From NCBI RefSeq assembly GCF_035497195.1, contig NZ_DATJDZ010000016.1:23-64022 (forward strand): a stretch of 64,000 bases of DNA, given 5' to 3'. Position numbers and translations under genes: made by a program. How positions within the stretch are numbered: the first letter of the stretch is position 1; every line of letters starts with the position of its first letter. The notes below the pieces were generated by a model. It saw only the letters and a list, made by a program, of their open reading frames with translations, did no database searches and was not told the origin of the DNA. Below are positions 43,263 to 52,815 of this stretch, piece after piece. This DNA is from Asticcacaulis sp. (GTDB lineage: Bacteria > Pseudomonadota > Alphaproteobacteria > Caulobacterales > Caulobacteraceae).

Positions 43263-44426
43263 TTATCTGAGCCGGCGATCGAGTTCGATCATGGCGCGTC
43301 CATTATGATACGGGCATTTCCATTGGCCCGCCTTGTAGATTTTCTCACGTGGCGCCAAGGCGGCGTACCATGTCCATTCGGTCGCGCCGCCGGCACCATA
43401 TTGCGCCTTGGTATAGTTCCAGACGCGTTCGGCCGTTCCCAACCAACCAGCCTCACCGGTCATCTGCCAGGCATTGACGAAACCGACCAGCGCCTCGGCC
43501 TGCTCCCACCATTCGCCATCCGGATCGAGATGACCGCCGTGTCCTTTTTCATAGGCCAGCGCTCCATCCGCCCTCAAGCCTTCGCACCGCGTTGTTTCCG
43601 CCAAGGCCAGCACCACCGGCCGGGCGCGTGCGAGCAGGGTTTCATCGCCCAGCGCCTCCGCCGCTTCCCAGATCAGCCAACTCGCCTCGATATCGTGGCC
43701 ATAGGAGACCGAGCGCGTCAGGTCATTCCAGTCCATGCCGAAAAACAGGCGCAGATGGCCCTCCGGTGCAACAAAGCGATCGAGAAACAGAGTAAAAATG
43801 CGGTGCAGGGCCGCGCGCGTGTCCTCCGCCGGCGCCACTCCATGCAGCCGGCTATAGGCTTCCAGCACATGCAGGTGCGTGTTCATCGTCTTGGGCGCAT
43901 TGAGATCCTTGTCGGACAGGCGCTGATCTGGCAAGGCTCGCCAATCGGCACTCAGCGCCTCGATATAGCCGCCAGCGCCGGCGTCCCAGTATTTTGCTTC
44001 GATCAGATTCTGCAAATCCCGGGCGAAGGTCAGCGCCCCCGCATCCCCGGTCGCCTGGTGATATTCGGCGAAGGCATAGACGGCAAATCCTTGCGCATAA
44101 GCCTGCTTGCGCGTGTCTTCGGGCAGGCCCGCCGCCGTCAGCCGCCAATACAGGCCACCCTGCTCGGCGTCATGGAAATGCGTGCGGATATAGTCGGCCG
44201 CGCGCCGTGCCAGAGTCAGCGCCCGCGCATCACCCGACCAACCGGACATGGCGCTGAAAAACCACAGCAGCCGCGTATTGAGGATGATGCTTTTTGACGC
44301 CTCCAAAACCGGCCGGTCCCCGGCATCGACCTCACCATAAAAGCCGCCGCGCCCATCGACCAGATGGCCCTCCCACCAGTCAAGCAGGCGCAGACCTTCC
44401 GCATGGGCTTCGTCTCGCAGGCTCAT
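43263..44426 (-). CDS. N-acylglucosamine 2-epimerase superfamily protein, probably cellobiose/mannobiose 2-epimerase
   Basis: 387 aa. (alpha/alpha)6 AGE-type repeats ([60 protein letters not shown]). 4-nt overlap with the GH130 gene. Confidence 0.78.
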   Translation of the reverse strand: MSLRDEAHAEGLRLLDWWEGHLVDGRGGFYGEVDAGDRPVLEASKSIILNTRLLWFFSAMSGWSGDARALTLARRAADYIRTHFHDAEQGGLYWRLTAAGLPEDTRKQAYAQGFAVYAFAEYHQATGDAGALTFARDLQNLIEAKYWDAGAGGYIEALSADWRALPDQRLSDKDLNAPKTMNTHLHVLEAYSRLHGVAPAEDTRAALHRIFTLFLDRFVAPEGHLRLFFGMDWNDLTRSVSYGHDIEASWLIWEAAEALGDETLLARARPVVLALAETTRCEGLRADGALAYEKGHGGHLDPDGEWWEQAEALVGFVNAWQMTGEAGWLGTAERVWNYTKAQYGAGGATEWTWYAALAPREKIYKAGQWKCPYHNGRAMIELDRRLR

Positions 44427-45628
44427 TGGCTTACCGGATTTTTGGCCAGAAAAGCCGCATTGCGGTCGATAAGGTCGATGCGCTGCTGCACGCAGGCCGC
44501 CGAAGCCAGCGGGTCAGCAGGGGTGTTTTTGCAATAATCGATCAGTTGCGCCACCGTCGAGGTCGCCACATGCAGGCGGGTATCCGACGAGGCGTAGTAG
44601 ATGAGCACCCGGCCATCGTCATCGGCGATCCAGCCGTTGGAGAAGACGACATTCGACACGTCACCAATACGTTCCTGACCCTGCGGCGCGATAAAATGCC
44701 CGCCCGGCGCATGGATGATACACCACGGCTGATCAAGCGCGGTCATGAACATGTACAGCACATAGCGCAGGCCCGCGGCCGTATTGCGCACGCCATGCGC
44801 CAGATGCAGCCAGCCTTCGAATGTCTTTATAGGTGCAGGCCCCTGGCCGTTTTTCACTTCCTTGATGGTGTGATAGGCCTTGTTATCGACGATGACTTCC
44901 TGCTGAATCACCGCCTTGGTCATGTCATCGCACAGACCCCAGCCGATACCACCGCCGGCGCCGACCGAGATAAACCCATCCTGCGGACGGGTGTAGAGCG
45001 CGTATTGGCCGTCGACAAATTCCGGGTGCAACACCACATTGCGCTGCTGGCCGGAGTGGGTGATCAGGTCCGGCAGGCGTTCCCAGGTGATCAGGTCCTT
45101 TGTGCGGGCGATGCCGCATTGGGCCGTCGCTGCTGACAGATCATCCGGCAGGGCGCGATCCTTGCGCTCGGTGCAGAAGAGACCGTAAATCCAGCCATCT
45201 TCGTGCTGAGTCAGGCGCATATCATAGACATTGGTGTCTGGGTCTTCTGTTTGCGGCAGCACCACCGGCTTCGGCCAGAAGCGGAAACCATCGACACCAT
45301 TGGCGCTTTCGGCAATAGCGAAGAATGACTTGCGGTCGTTTCCCTCGACACGCACCACGACAATAGACTTACCCTGCCATTTCATCGCCCCGGCATTGAA
45401 GGTGGCGTTGATGCCCAGCCGTTCCATCATGAAGGGATTGGTCTGCGGATTAAAATCATAGCGCCACTCCAGCGGTACATGGGCGGCGGTGATCACCGGA
45501 TGCTGCCAGCGCTGATAGATGCCGTTGCCGGGGGCTGTCATGCTGTGATGCGGCGCATTGGGCGCGGAGACCAGGGCCTCGAATTCCGCACGCAGGTCCG
45601 CCAGTCGCTGTTCCGCAGTCAAACTCAT
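44423..45628 (-). CDS. GH130 4-O-beta-D-mannosyl-D-glucose phosphorylase-like enzyme
   Basis: 401 aa. Long blocks match my recollection of the characterised Bacteroides enzyme ([101 protein letters not shown]). This is from memory, not a search. Confidence 0.85.
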   Translation of the reverse strand: MSLTAEQRLADLRAEFEALVSAPNAPHHSMTAPGNGIYQRWQHPVITAAHVPLEWRYDFNPQTNPFMMERLGINATFNAGAMKWQGKSIVVVRVEGNDRKSFFAIAESANGVDGFRFWPKPVVLPQTEDPDTNVYDMRLTQHEDGWIYGLFCTERKDRALPDDLSAATAQCGIARTKDLITWERLPDLITHSGQQRNVVLHPEFVDGQYALYTRPQDGFISVGAGGGIGWGLCDDMTKAVIQQEVIVDNKAYHTIKEVKNGQGPAPIKTFEGWLHLAHGVRNTAAGLRYVLYMFMTALDQPWCIIHAPGGHFIAPQGQERIGDVSNVVFSNGWIADDDGRVLIYYASSDTRLHVATSTVAQLIDYCKNTPADPLASAACVQQRIDLIDRNAAFLAKNPVSQ

Positions 45629-45729
45629 ATGCGTCTCCCCATATCCGTGTGGTCCGGCTTCGTTCGATTAAGTAAAATTGATTTATTAAATGAGCAAGGT
45701 TTTTTTCACAGCAGGCTGGACAGATCAAT

Positions 45730-45817
45730 TTGTAATGTTATAAAGTAACATCAAACGCGATGAAATAATTCTCCATCAAATTCTTCGCCGCCCTTGTAAT
45801 AAGTTATGCTATAACAT
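45730..45817. promoter_or_regulatory. Two related operator-like sites in an AT-rich divergent promoter region
   Basis: Site 1: TTGTAATGTTATAAAGTAACAT (45730-45751; ATGTTA-N5-TAACAT). Site 2: TTGTAATAAGTTATGCTATAACAT (45794-45817; GTTAT-N3-ATAAC). They share TTGTAAT..GTTAT..TAACAT. Confidence 0.45.
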
Positions 45818-45849
45818 ATGTGCCCGCAGGGGCATACGGAAAGGCCACT

Positions 45850-46266
45850 ATGCTGCACGTAAAGAAAACATGGCTTGATATCGCCTCACTGGGCCTGTCC
45901 GCTCTGTGCGTGGTGCACTGCCTGGCCCTACCCTTCCTGGTCGTCCTCCTGCCGGCCCTGACGCCCTTTACCGGAAGCTGGGTCCATGCCGCGCTGGTGC
46001 TCACCGCCGCGCCGATCAGCCTGTGGGCTATCCGCGCCTCGCATGTCTGGCGTAAGTGGCAGATCTCCGTGCCGATCGTCGCCGGCCTGATTCTGTTGGC
46101 GCTGGCGGCCTTTATTCCGGCTCTGGCGGCTATCGAAGTGACCTTGAGCGTTATCGGCGCGCTGCTGATTGCCACCGGACACGCCTATAACTATCTGCGC
46201 AATCATCGTCCGGTCCATATCCATGATCGCGCCTGCGGCCATGCCGAAGGTCTGGCCGGGGAATAG
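45850..46266 (+). CDS. MerC-domain membrane protein
   Basis: From MLHVKKTWLDIASLGLSALCVVHCLALPFLVVLLPAL. Four TM helices with the CxxHC motif typical of MerC-like proteins. Confidence 0.6.
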   Translation: MLHVKKTWLDIASLGLSALCVVHCLALPFLVVLLPALTPFTGSWVHAALVLTAAPISLWAIRASHVWRKWQISVPIVAGLILLALAAFIPALAAIEVTLSVIGALLIATGHAYNYLRNHRPVHIHDRACGHAEGLAGE

Positions 46267-46353
46267 GTCTTCTGCGGCAAAATCGACGCTTGACGGATAA
46301 TCCTCACGGTTTAAGGGAAGCGGGTCGTTAGATTTGTTACGAAAAGCCCGCTC

Positions 46354-46668
46354 ATGATCCGTCACATCGTTATGTTTTCCAGCCCGAATGAAGCGGACCG
46401 CGAAGCCATCTATCGCGGCCTGTCGGTCCTGACCCAGATCGAGCACGCGGCGCTACTTGAAGTCTCCTACAACGAAAAGATCGACCAGATCGCCAATGAC
46501 ATCGACATCATCGTCTATGGCGAATTCGCCACGATCGAGGACTTCCGCGCCTACAAGGCCCATCCGCTGTACGCCGAATCGATCCGCCAGGTTCGTCATC
46601 TGCGCGATGTCCGCGTCGCCGCCGATTACACCGTCTCCAACGCCACGCGCCAACTCATCAAGGCTTAA
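46354..46668 (+). CDS. Dabb (stress-responsive alpha/beta barrel) family protein
   Basis: 104 aa. MIRHIVMFS opening and ...FRAYKAHPLYAES..., typical of Dabb domains. Confidence 0.75.
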   Translation: MIRHIVMFSSPNEADREAIYRGLSVLTQIEHAALLEVSYNEKIDQIANDIDIIVYGEFATIEDFRAYKAHPLYAESIRQVRHLRDVRVAADYTVSNATRQLIKA

Positions 46669-46723
46669 GGCCTTTACCAGGCTCCCCATCGCCCGCTATA
46701 ACGGTTAAAGCTGGGGAGATATC

Positions 46724-48706
46724 ATGGCTGAATTCTACGATCTGCATGGCGAACGCCCGCCGCTTAAGCCGCAAAAACCTTTTCTGGGCGACGACAAAAG
46801 CCTGATCCGCGCCACCTTTATTTTGGGCGCCATACTGGTCTTGTGGAAGCTCTATATCGCCCTGATCAGCCATGTCATCTGGGAAGAGGGCCATTTCGTC
46901 GTCTCCGGCGCCTATCTCGATCTCGGCTATCCCGATATCCCGGCCGGCTTTCCCTGGCTGGCCCGACTGGTGACGGCGATCTTCGGTTGGCATGTGCTGC
47001 CGCTGCGCATCGTGGCGTTGATCATCGCCACGATGATGCCGTTCGCCGTCTATTTCATGGCGACGCCGCTGGTCAGTCACCGCAATGCCCTGTGGGCGGC
47101 GATGATCGCCTTGCTGCTGCCGCCTCTGACGCTCAACGGCACGGTCTTTTATCCCGAAGGCGCGCTCCAGGTGCTGATGGCCCTGATGCTCGGCTGCCTG
47201 ATCCGGGCGGTCCAGCAGGACAAACTCAAATGGTGGGTGCTGACCGGCATCTGCGCCGCGCTCGGCTTGCTGGTGCATTTCCGCTTCCTCGCGCCTGGCC
47301 TCGCCGTCGTTGTCTTCATGCTGGCCACGACGCAGGGCCGCAAATTGTGGACCAAACCCGGCGTCTGGATCACCGCCGGCATCGCCCTGCTCGGCCTGAT
47401 GCCGTCGCTGATCTATAACGCCCTTAACGAATGGCCGGCCATCCAGTTCCATGTGCTGAACCGGCCGCAGTTCAAGCCCGATCCCGGCCGTGTCCTCAGC
47501 TATCTCGAAACCCAGTTCGCGCTGGCCACGCCGGTCTTTTTCATCGCCATGCTGGTGGCGGCGAAAAACGGCCTGTTCCGCGACCGCAACAAGCCGGAAA
47601 GCCTGCTGGCCTGGCAGTTTGTCGTTATCCTCGTTTTCTATGGCGTGCAGACCATCTTCAACAAGAAGATCATGCCGCACTGGCCCTTCATGGCCTTCAT
47701 CCCGCTGTTGCCGTTTGTGCCCGACCTGCTGGAAAATTTCATGAGTCGCGCCACAAGCGTCGGCAAGCGGAACCTGCGCATGGCCCTTATCGCTACGGCG
47801 CCGCTGATGGCGCTGGCGATCGGCGTCGCCGGCACGGCCTATCAGTGGGCCTTTGTCCATTCGGCGGAACTGCCCTATGCCCTGCGTGAGCGCAACATCC
47901 TGAAAAATGAGAACTGGTCCCTGCTGGAGCCGGCCATCGCCGCTGCCGACGCCCGCGCCAGGGCGCGTTTCGGGCCGGATGTGGTATGGGCGGCCAACAG
48001 CCATATGAGCGCCGTGCACATGGAATTTCCCGGCAGCGGCGACAGTCACCGCCGCTTCTATACGCTCGATGATCCGAATGACGAACTGACGCGCTTCGTG
48101 GTGGCGCGGCACAAGTGGGGGCTGGATATGTCGAGCCTGATAGAGAAACAGGCCGGCAAGGGCGTGATGCTGGCCATGCTGGAGCCGTCATATATCTATC
48201 ACGAGGCCGACAAGACGGCGATGTATACCAAGCTCTGCCAGAACTTCGAGCAGATCGAACCGTTCCGTATTGTCAGTTTGCCGCCCTACAAGATGGCGGT
48301 CGATTTCTATACGGCGAAGGTACGCGTGCATCCGTTGACCGATATTTCCGGCGCGCCCTGCCCGTTTTTCCCACAAGCCTATATCGCCCATCCTGAGCGC
48401 GGCGCCTTCCTCGGCAGTGGCGATACCGGCAATTATCATGGCGCCGCCGCCGATCCGAAAGGGATTACGGCGGTCGACATCCTGATAGACGGCAAGGTGG
48501 TGACACGGGCCAATTACGGTCTGAACCCAAAGGAATTCCGCGTGCCGAACCTGCTGAAATACGATCCGAACTGGCCGAAGCTGCAATATGATTTCAAGTT
48601 CCCGGCGGGATCACTGAAGTCCGGCGAGCACAAGCTCAGCATCCGCGCCACACGGACCGACGGCACGACGTTCGACAGCGATGCGCGGACGCTGTACGTG
48701 CATTGA
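46724..48706 (+). CDS. GT-C fold glycosyltransferase (ArnT/PMT-like, GT39/83) with a large C-terminal periplasmic extension
   Basis: 660 aa. About 11 TM helices in the first ~400 aa, with an early periplasmic-loop acidic motif (WEEGHF...YLDLGYPD). The C-terminal ~250 aa are soluble and end in a beta-rich module (GITAVDILIDGKVVTRANYGLNP...GEHKLSIRATRTDGTTFDSDARTLYV). Confidence 0.7.
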   Translation: MAEFYDLHGERPPLKPQKPFLGDDKSLIRATFILGAILVLWKLYIALISHVIWEEGHFVVSGAYLDLGYPDIPAGFPWLARLVTAIFGWHVLPLRIVALIIATMMPFAVYFMATPLVSHRNALWAAMIALLLPPLTLNGTVFYPEGALQVLMALMLGCLIRAVQQDKLKWWVLTGICAALGLLVHFRFLAPGLAVVVFMLATTQGRKLWTKPGVWITAGIALLGLMPSLIYNALNEWPAIQFHVLNRPQFKPDPGRVLSYLETQFALATPVFFIAMLVAAKNGLFRDRNKPESLLAWQFVVILVFYGVQTIFNKKIMPHWPFMAFIPLLPFVPDLLENFMSRATSVGKRNLRMALIATAPLMALAIGVAGTAYQWAFVHSAELPYALRERNILKNENWSLLEPAIAAADARARARFGPDVVWAANSHMSAVHMEFPGSGDSHRRFYTLDDPNDELTRFVVARHKWGLDMSSLIEKQAGKGVMLAMLEPSYIYHEADKTAMYTKLCQNFEQIEPFRIVSLPPYKMAVDFYTAKVRVHPLTDISGAPCPFFPQAYIAHPERGAFLGSGDTGNYHGAAADPKGITAVDILIDGKVVTRANYGLNPKEFRVPNLLKYDPNWPKLQYDFKFPAGSLKSGEHKLSIRATRTDGTTFDSDARTLYVH

Positions 48707-48709
48707 CAA

Positions 48710-48742
48710 ATGGGGTTTGGGGCCTGTGGCCCCAAACCCCAT
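48710..48742. terminator. Perfect 15-bp-stem hairpin between convergent genes (no U-tract)
   Basis: atggggtttggggcc-tgt-ggccccaaaccccat. The last base overlaps the pstB stop codon (48742-48744). Confidence 0.6.
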
Positions 48743-49551
48743 TAGCCAAAACGGCCACCGATATATTCCGAAGTCTTATCGACCTTTGGCTTGACGAACA
48801 GCTCATCGGTCGGGCCGAACTCGATCATCTTGCCGAGGAACATGAAGCCGGTATAGTCCGACAGACGCGCCGCCTGTTGCAGGTTGTGCGTCACGATGAC
48901 GATGGTGTAGTCGCTCTTCAGTTCTTCCAGCGTGTCTTCCAGCTTGGCCGTCGAGATCGGGTCCAGCGCCGAAGCCGGCTCATCGAGCAGCAGGATTTCC
49001 GGATTGACCGCGATGCCGCGCGCCACGCACAGGCGCTGCTGCTGGCCACCGGAAAGGCCGAGACCCGACTTGTGCAGCTTGTCCTTCACTTCGTCCCACA
49101 GCGCCGCACGGCGGATCGAGCGTTCGACGATCTCGTCCAGTTCGGCCTTCGACTTGTTGGAATGCAGACGAACGCCAAAGGCGACATTGTCATAGATCGA
49201 CATCGGGAACGGCGTCGGCTTCTGGAACACCATGCCGATGCGGGCGCGCAGGGCCGCCACATCCACCTTGGGACCGATCAGGTTTTCACCCTCAAAGTTG
49301 ATTTCGCCCTCGGCGCGCTGGCCGGGATAAAGATCATAGATGCGGTTGATGGTGCGCAGCAGGGTCGACTTGCCACAACCCGACGGGCCGATCAGCGCGG
49401 TAATGGCGTGTTTCTTGACCGGCAGATCGACGTCGAACAGCGCCTGGTTCTGGCCATAGAAGAAACTCAGCTTCTTGCATTCGAGCACAAGGCTGCCTTC
49501 CGGCGGCGGAACGATAACGCTCTTGAAGTCAGGTAAAGTCGTGTCGGTCAT
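48742..49551 (-). CDS. pstB: Phosphate ABC transporter ATP-binding protein
   Basis: 269 aa. Walker [10 protein letters not shown], signature [29 protein letters not shown]. Last gene of the pst operon. Confidence 0.93.
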   Translation of the reverse strand: MTDTTLPDFKSVIVPPPEGSLVLECKKLSFFYGQNQALFDVDLPVKKHAITALIGPSGCGKSTLLRTINRIYDLYPGQRAEGEINFEGENLIGPKVDVAALRARIGMVFQKPTPFPMSIYDNVAFGVRLHSNKSKAELDEIVERSIRRAALWDEVKDKLHKSGLGLSGGQQQRLCVARGIAVNPEILLLDEPASALDPISTAKLEDTLEELKSDYTIVIVTHNLQQAARLSDYTGFMFLGKMIEFGPTDELFVKPKVDKTSEYIGGRFG

Positions 49552-49580
49552 GAACTCATTCTCAAGTCAGGATGAAAGGA

Positions 49581-50435
49581 TTAGTGGCCGGCGTTCTTGT
49601 CGCGGCCCAGCCAGCGGCCGAGGATATTGACGCCGAGCACGGCCAGCGCCACCAGCAGGGCGGCAGCCCAGGCCAGCTTGTTCAGATCTTCGTAAGGCGT
49701 CAGCGCGAAGTTGTACATGACGTGCGGCAGGCTTTCCATCGCCTGCCCCATGTCGGCGTTGAAAAACTGGTTGCCCAGCGCGGTAAACAGAAGTGGGGCG
49801 GTTTCGCCGGAAATCCGGGCGAAACCGAGCAGGCCACCGGTCAGAAGGCCGGCGCCCGCCGCCTTCCAGATGATGGTGCGGATGGTGGTGAACTGCGAGG
49901 CGCCGAGCGCCATGCCGGCTTCGCGCAGGGCGTTGGGTTGCAGATTGAGGATATCCTCGGTCGTCCGCGTCACAATCGGTGTGGCGAGAATGGCCAGCGC
50001 CACGGCGCCGGCCCAGCCGGAGAAGTGACCGAGCGCGAACGGGCTGCCGGTGACCAGAATCTGCGCCACAAAGACGCCGATCAGGATGGAGGGCGCCGAC
50101 AGCAGCACGTCGTTGAGGAAGCGGACGGCATGGCCGTAGGGCGTGTCACCGCCGATTTCGGCCAGCCAGGTGCCGGCCAGGATGCCGACCACAATGGCGA
50201 TGATCATGGCAACGCCGCACATCAAAACAGAGCCGACGATAGCGTTGCGCAGGCCGCCTTCGGAACCCGCGGCGGGGGTATCCATAGTGAACAGGTGCAG
50301 GTTCAGCCCGCCAAAGCCCTGAGTGAACAGCGACCACAAGATCAGGGCAAGCGACAGCAGGGCGATACCGGTGCCGAGCAGGCACAGGCCGATGAAAACG
50401 TAGTTAGCGAGTTTGCGGCGAAGGGCGCGGTCCAT
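49581..50435 (-). CDS. pstA: Phosphate ABC transporter permease
   Basis: 284 aa, six TM, EAA-type loop (EAGMALGASQFTTI). Position between pstC and pstB. Confidence 0.9.
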   Translation of the reverse strand: MDRALRRKLANYVFIGLCLLGTGIALLSLALILWSLFTQGFGGLNLHLFTMDTPAAGSEGGLRNAIVGSVLMCGVAMIIAIVVGILAGTWLAEIGGDTPYGHAVRFLNDVLLSAPSILIGVFVAQILVTGSPFALGHFSGWAGAVALAILATPIVTRTTEDILNLQPNALREAGMALGASQFTTIRTIIWKAAGAGLLTGGLLGFARISGETAPLLFTALGNQFFNADMGQAMESLPHVMYNFALTPYEDLNKLAWAAALLVALAVLGVNILGRWLGRDKNAGH

Positions 50436-50447
50436 TTTTACGTCTCC

Positions 50448-51428
50448 CTAGTAGCGTTGCGAGGACAGCAGCCAGCGCGCGATCGCCAGAACCGTGAAAG
50501 TGATCAGGAAGAGGACGAGGCCAAGCGCGATCAGCGCCGAGCGGTGGATATCGGCGGCTTCGGCGAACTCGTTGGCGATGGTCGAGGCCAGGGTCGACGA
50601 CGAGTCGAACAGCGACTTGGGGAACTTGTGCGAATTGCCGATGATGAAGGTGACCGCCATCGTCTCACCCAGCGCGCGGCCAAGGCCCAGCATGACCACC
50701 CCGATCATGCCCTTTTGTACGTAGGGGATGATGACGGCGGTGACGACCTCGAATGGCGTGGCTCCGACGCCAAAGGCGGCTTCGCGCACCTGAGCCGGGA
50801 TCGAGCGGAACAGTTCGCGGAAGACAGCCGCCATGTAAGGCAGGATCATGATGGCCAGGATGATCGAGGCGGTGAAGAGATTGGCGCCGTTGGGCACGCC
50901 GGCCACCAGCTTGGCGAGGAAGGAATCGGGAGACTGCGAGGCGGCGATCAGCAGCGGCGTCTGGATGGTCTTGGCGAACCACGGCGCGAAAACGAACAAG
51001 CCCCACATGCCATAGACGATGGAGGGGATGCCGGCCAGCAACTCGACGGCGGTCGACAGCGGCTGGGCGATGCGCTGCGGGCAAAATTGGGTAAGGAAGA
51101 CCGCGATGCCGATGGCGATAGGCAGGGCGAAAACCAGCGCGATGAAGGAGGTGATGATGGTACCGAGGATCGGCGCCGTGGCGCTGTAGTTGTCGGTGAC
51201 CGGGTTCCACGGTGTGTCGATGCAGATCGGCCCCTGGCCGACCGGGCATTCCTTGAATTTCAGGAAGAAGTCGAAACCGAACTTCGACAGGGCGGGCCAG
51301 CCGCCGACCAGCAGCAGGCCGATCAGCGAGGCCAGAACCACCAGAAGCAGGGTAGCCGCGGCGAAGGACACCCAGCGGAAGATGGGGTCGGTCAGATCAA
51401 CGCGAGGCGCTTTGGTTTTAACAGACAT
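50448..51428 (-). CDS. pstC: Phosphate ABC transporter permease
   Basis: 326 aa, six TM, EAA loop (REAAFGVGATPFEV). Follows pstS. Confidence 0.9.
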   Translation of the reverse strand: MSVKTKAPRVDLTDPIFRWVSFAAATLLLVVLASLIGLLLVGGWPALSKFGFDFFLKFKECPVGQGPICIDTPWNPVTDNYSATAPILGTIITSFIALVFALPIAIGIAVFLTQFCPQRIAQPLSTAVELLAGIPSIVYGMWGLFVFAPWFAKTIQTPLLIAASQSPDSFLAKLVAGVPNGANLFTASIILAIMILPYMAAVFRELFRSIPAQVREAAFGVGATPFEVVTAVIIPYVQKGMIGVVMLGLGRALGETMAVTFIIGNSHKFPKSLFDSSSTLASTIANEFAEAADIHRSALIALGLVLFLITFTVLAIARWLLSSQRY

Positions 51429-51526
51429 TCTTCAAGGTTCTCTTAAAATCCGGACTGTATCGGCTCCAGCGAGCCGGTTGGCAATAACGGGTATCAGTAG
51501 TCATTCGGGACATCAGATACAAGACT

Positions 51527-51555
51527 GGGGCGAGGCCGAAAAAAGACCTCGCCCC
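51527..51555 (-). other. Intercistronic stem-loop between pstS and pstC
   Basis: 9-bp perfect GC-rich stem ggggcgagg / cctcgcccc with an 11-nt loop. There is no downstream U-run on the coding (minus) strand. This placement is typical of hairpins that give differential pstS abundance. Confidence 0.55.
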
Positions 51556-51606
51556 TCTAGTTCTTCCAGGCCTATACGAACCTGTCAGGGCGTATCACAT
51601 CACCGA

Positions 51607-52662
51607 TTAGGGGTTCGGCGAGGTATAGACCGGGGCGCCGTTCGACTTGATATTGGCAGTCCACTGCTTGCGCACCATCGACTTCACCGAAGCCGGCAGC
51701 GGCACATAGTACAGCTCGTTGGCGTTGAAGTCGCCGCCCTTGTAGGCGTAATCGAAGAACTTCAACACTTCGGCGGCCTTGGCGGCGTTAGCCTGTTCCT
51801 TGTACATCAGGATGAAGGTCGCGCCGGTGATGGGCCAGGCATTGGCGCCCGGCTGGTTCAGGATCAGCACGTAGTTGCCGGGGGCGTGCGCCCAGTCGGC
51901 GCCGGCGGTCGCTGCCTTGAAGTTGGCGGCAGTCGGCATCGGCCAGGTGGCGTCTTTCGAGGCGACCAGGGCGTAGCTGATGCCGGTCTTCATGACGTAG
52001 GCATATTCGACGTAACCGATCGAGCCGGCAGTCTGACGAACCAGGGCGGCAACGCCGTCATTACCCTTGCCGCCGAGGCCGGTCGGCCATTCAACGGCGT
52101 CATTGGCGCCGACGTTCTGCTTCCACTCGGCCGAGGCGATCGACAGGTAGGAGGTGAACAGGAAGCTGGTGCCCGAACCATCCGAACGGTGAACGACGGT
52201 GATCGGCAGGGCCGGCAGATTGAGGCCGGCGTTCCACTTGGCGATGGCCGGATCGTTCCACATGGTGATCTTGCCGAGGAAGATATCGGCCAGAACCACG
52301 CCCGGCAGCTTCAGCTTGCCGCTGGCGATGCCAGGAACGTTGATGGCCGGCACCACGCCGCCAACGACGGTCGGGAACTGATAGAGGCCGTACTTGTCGA
52401 GTTCATCCGGAGTCAGCGGCTTATCGGACGCGCCGAAATCGACCGTCTTGGCCTGGATTTGCTTGATGCCGCCGCCGGAACCGATGGCCTGATAGTTAAG
52501 CTGGTTGCCGGTGCTACGCTTGTAGCCTTCGGCCCACTTGGCGTACAGCGGCGCGGGGAAGGTGGCGCCGGCGCCGGAAATCGTGTCGGCGGCCATCGCG
52601 GCCGAACCGAACGAGGCGGTCATCACGGCAGCGGCCATAACAACTTTCAGAAACTTGAACAT
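51607..52662 (-). CDS. pstS: Phosphate-binding periplasmic protein
   Basis: 351 aa. Signal peptide, then GAGATFPAPLYAKWA, IGSGGGI, HRSDGSGTSF. Confidence 0.93.
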   Translation of the reverse strand: MFKFLKVVMAAAVMTASFGSAAMAADTISGAGATFPAPLYAKWAEGYKRSTGNQLNYQAIGSGGGIKQIQAKTVDFGASDKPLTPDELDKYGLYQFPTVVGGVVPAINVPGIASGKLKLPGVVLADIFLGKITMWNDPAIAKWNAGLNLPALPITVVHRSDGSGTSFLFTSYLSIASAEWKQNVGANDAVEWPTGLGGKGNDGVAALVRQTAGSIGYVEYAYVMKTGISYALVASKDATWPMPTAANFKAATAGADWAHAPGNYVLILNQPGANAWPITGATFILMYKEQANAAKAAEVLKFFDYAYKGGDFNANELYYVPLPASVKSMVRKQWTANIKSNGAPVYTSPNP

Positions 52663-52710
52663 TCATATCTCCTTGGAAAGGGATGTGTGCAGACTGTCTT
52701 GCGTGATGCT

Positions 52711-52741
52711 CTAACTGCTTTTTACGACAGTTTTGTAACAG
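52711..52741 (-). promoter_or_regulatory. Pho box upstream of pstS
   Basis: The minus strand reads CTGTTAC-AAAA-CTGTCGT-AAAA-AGCAGTT: 7-bp repeats with 4-bp A-rich spacers (11-bp phasing), 50-80 nt upstream of the pstS ATG. This matches the CTGTCAT-N4-CTGTCAT PhoB consensus. Confidence 0.75.
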
Positions 52742-52775
52742 CCGGCGGAATTTAAAAAGACAAGGCGTTATAGAA

Positions 52776-52802
52776 ACAGGCTGTTGGGTCACAACAGCCT
52801 GT
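52776..52802 (-). terminator. Terminator-like hairpin after the porin gene
   Basis: 11-bp stem acaggctgttg / caacagcctgt with a 5-nt loop. Followed on the minus strand by TTCT only (weak U-tract). Confidence 0.5.
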
Positions 52803-52815
52803 CTTTATTTGGTTT

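Noticed and set aside
46658-52755. Very long track ORFs: 46658..48112(-) 484 aa, 49572..51446(+) 624 aa, 51190..52755(+) 521 aa
   Set aside because: Each is antisense to well-supported genes (the GT-C transferase, pstA/pstC, pstS). Their compositions are dominated by R, G, D, H, Q and A, and they show no TM or domain signatures.
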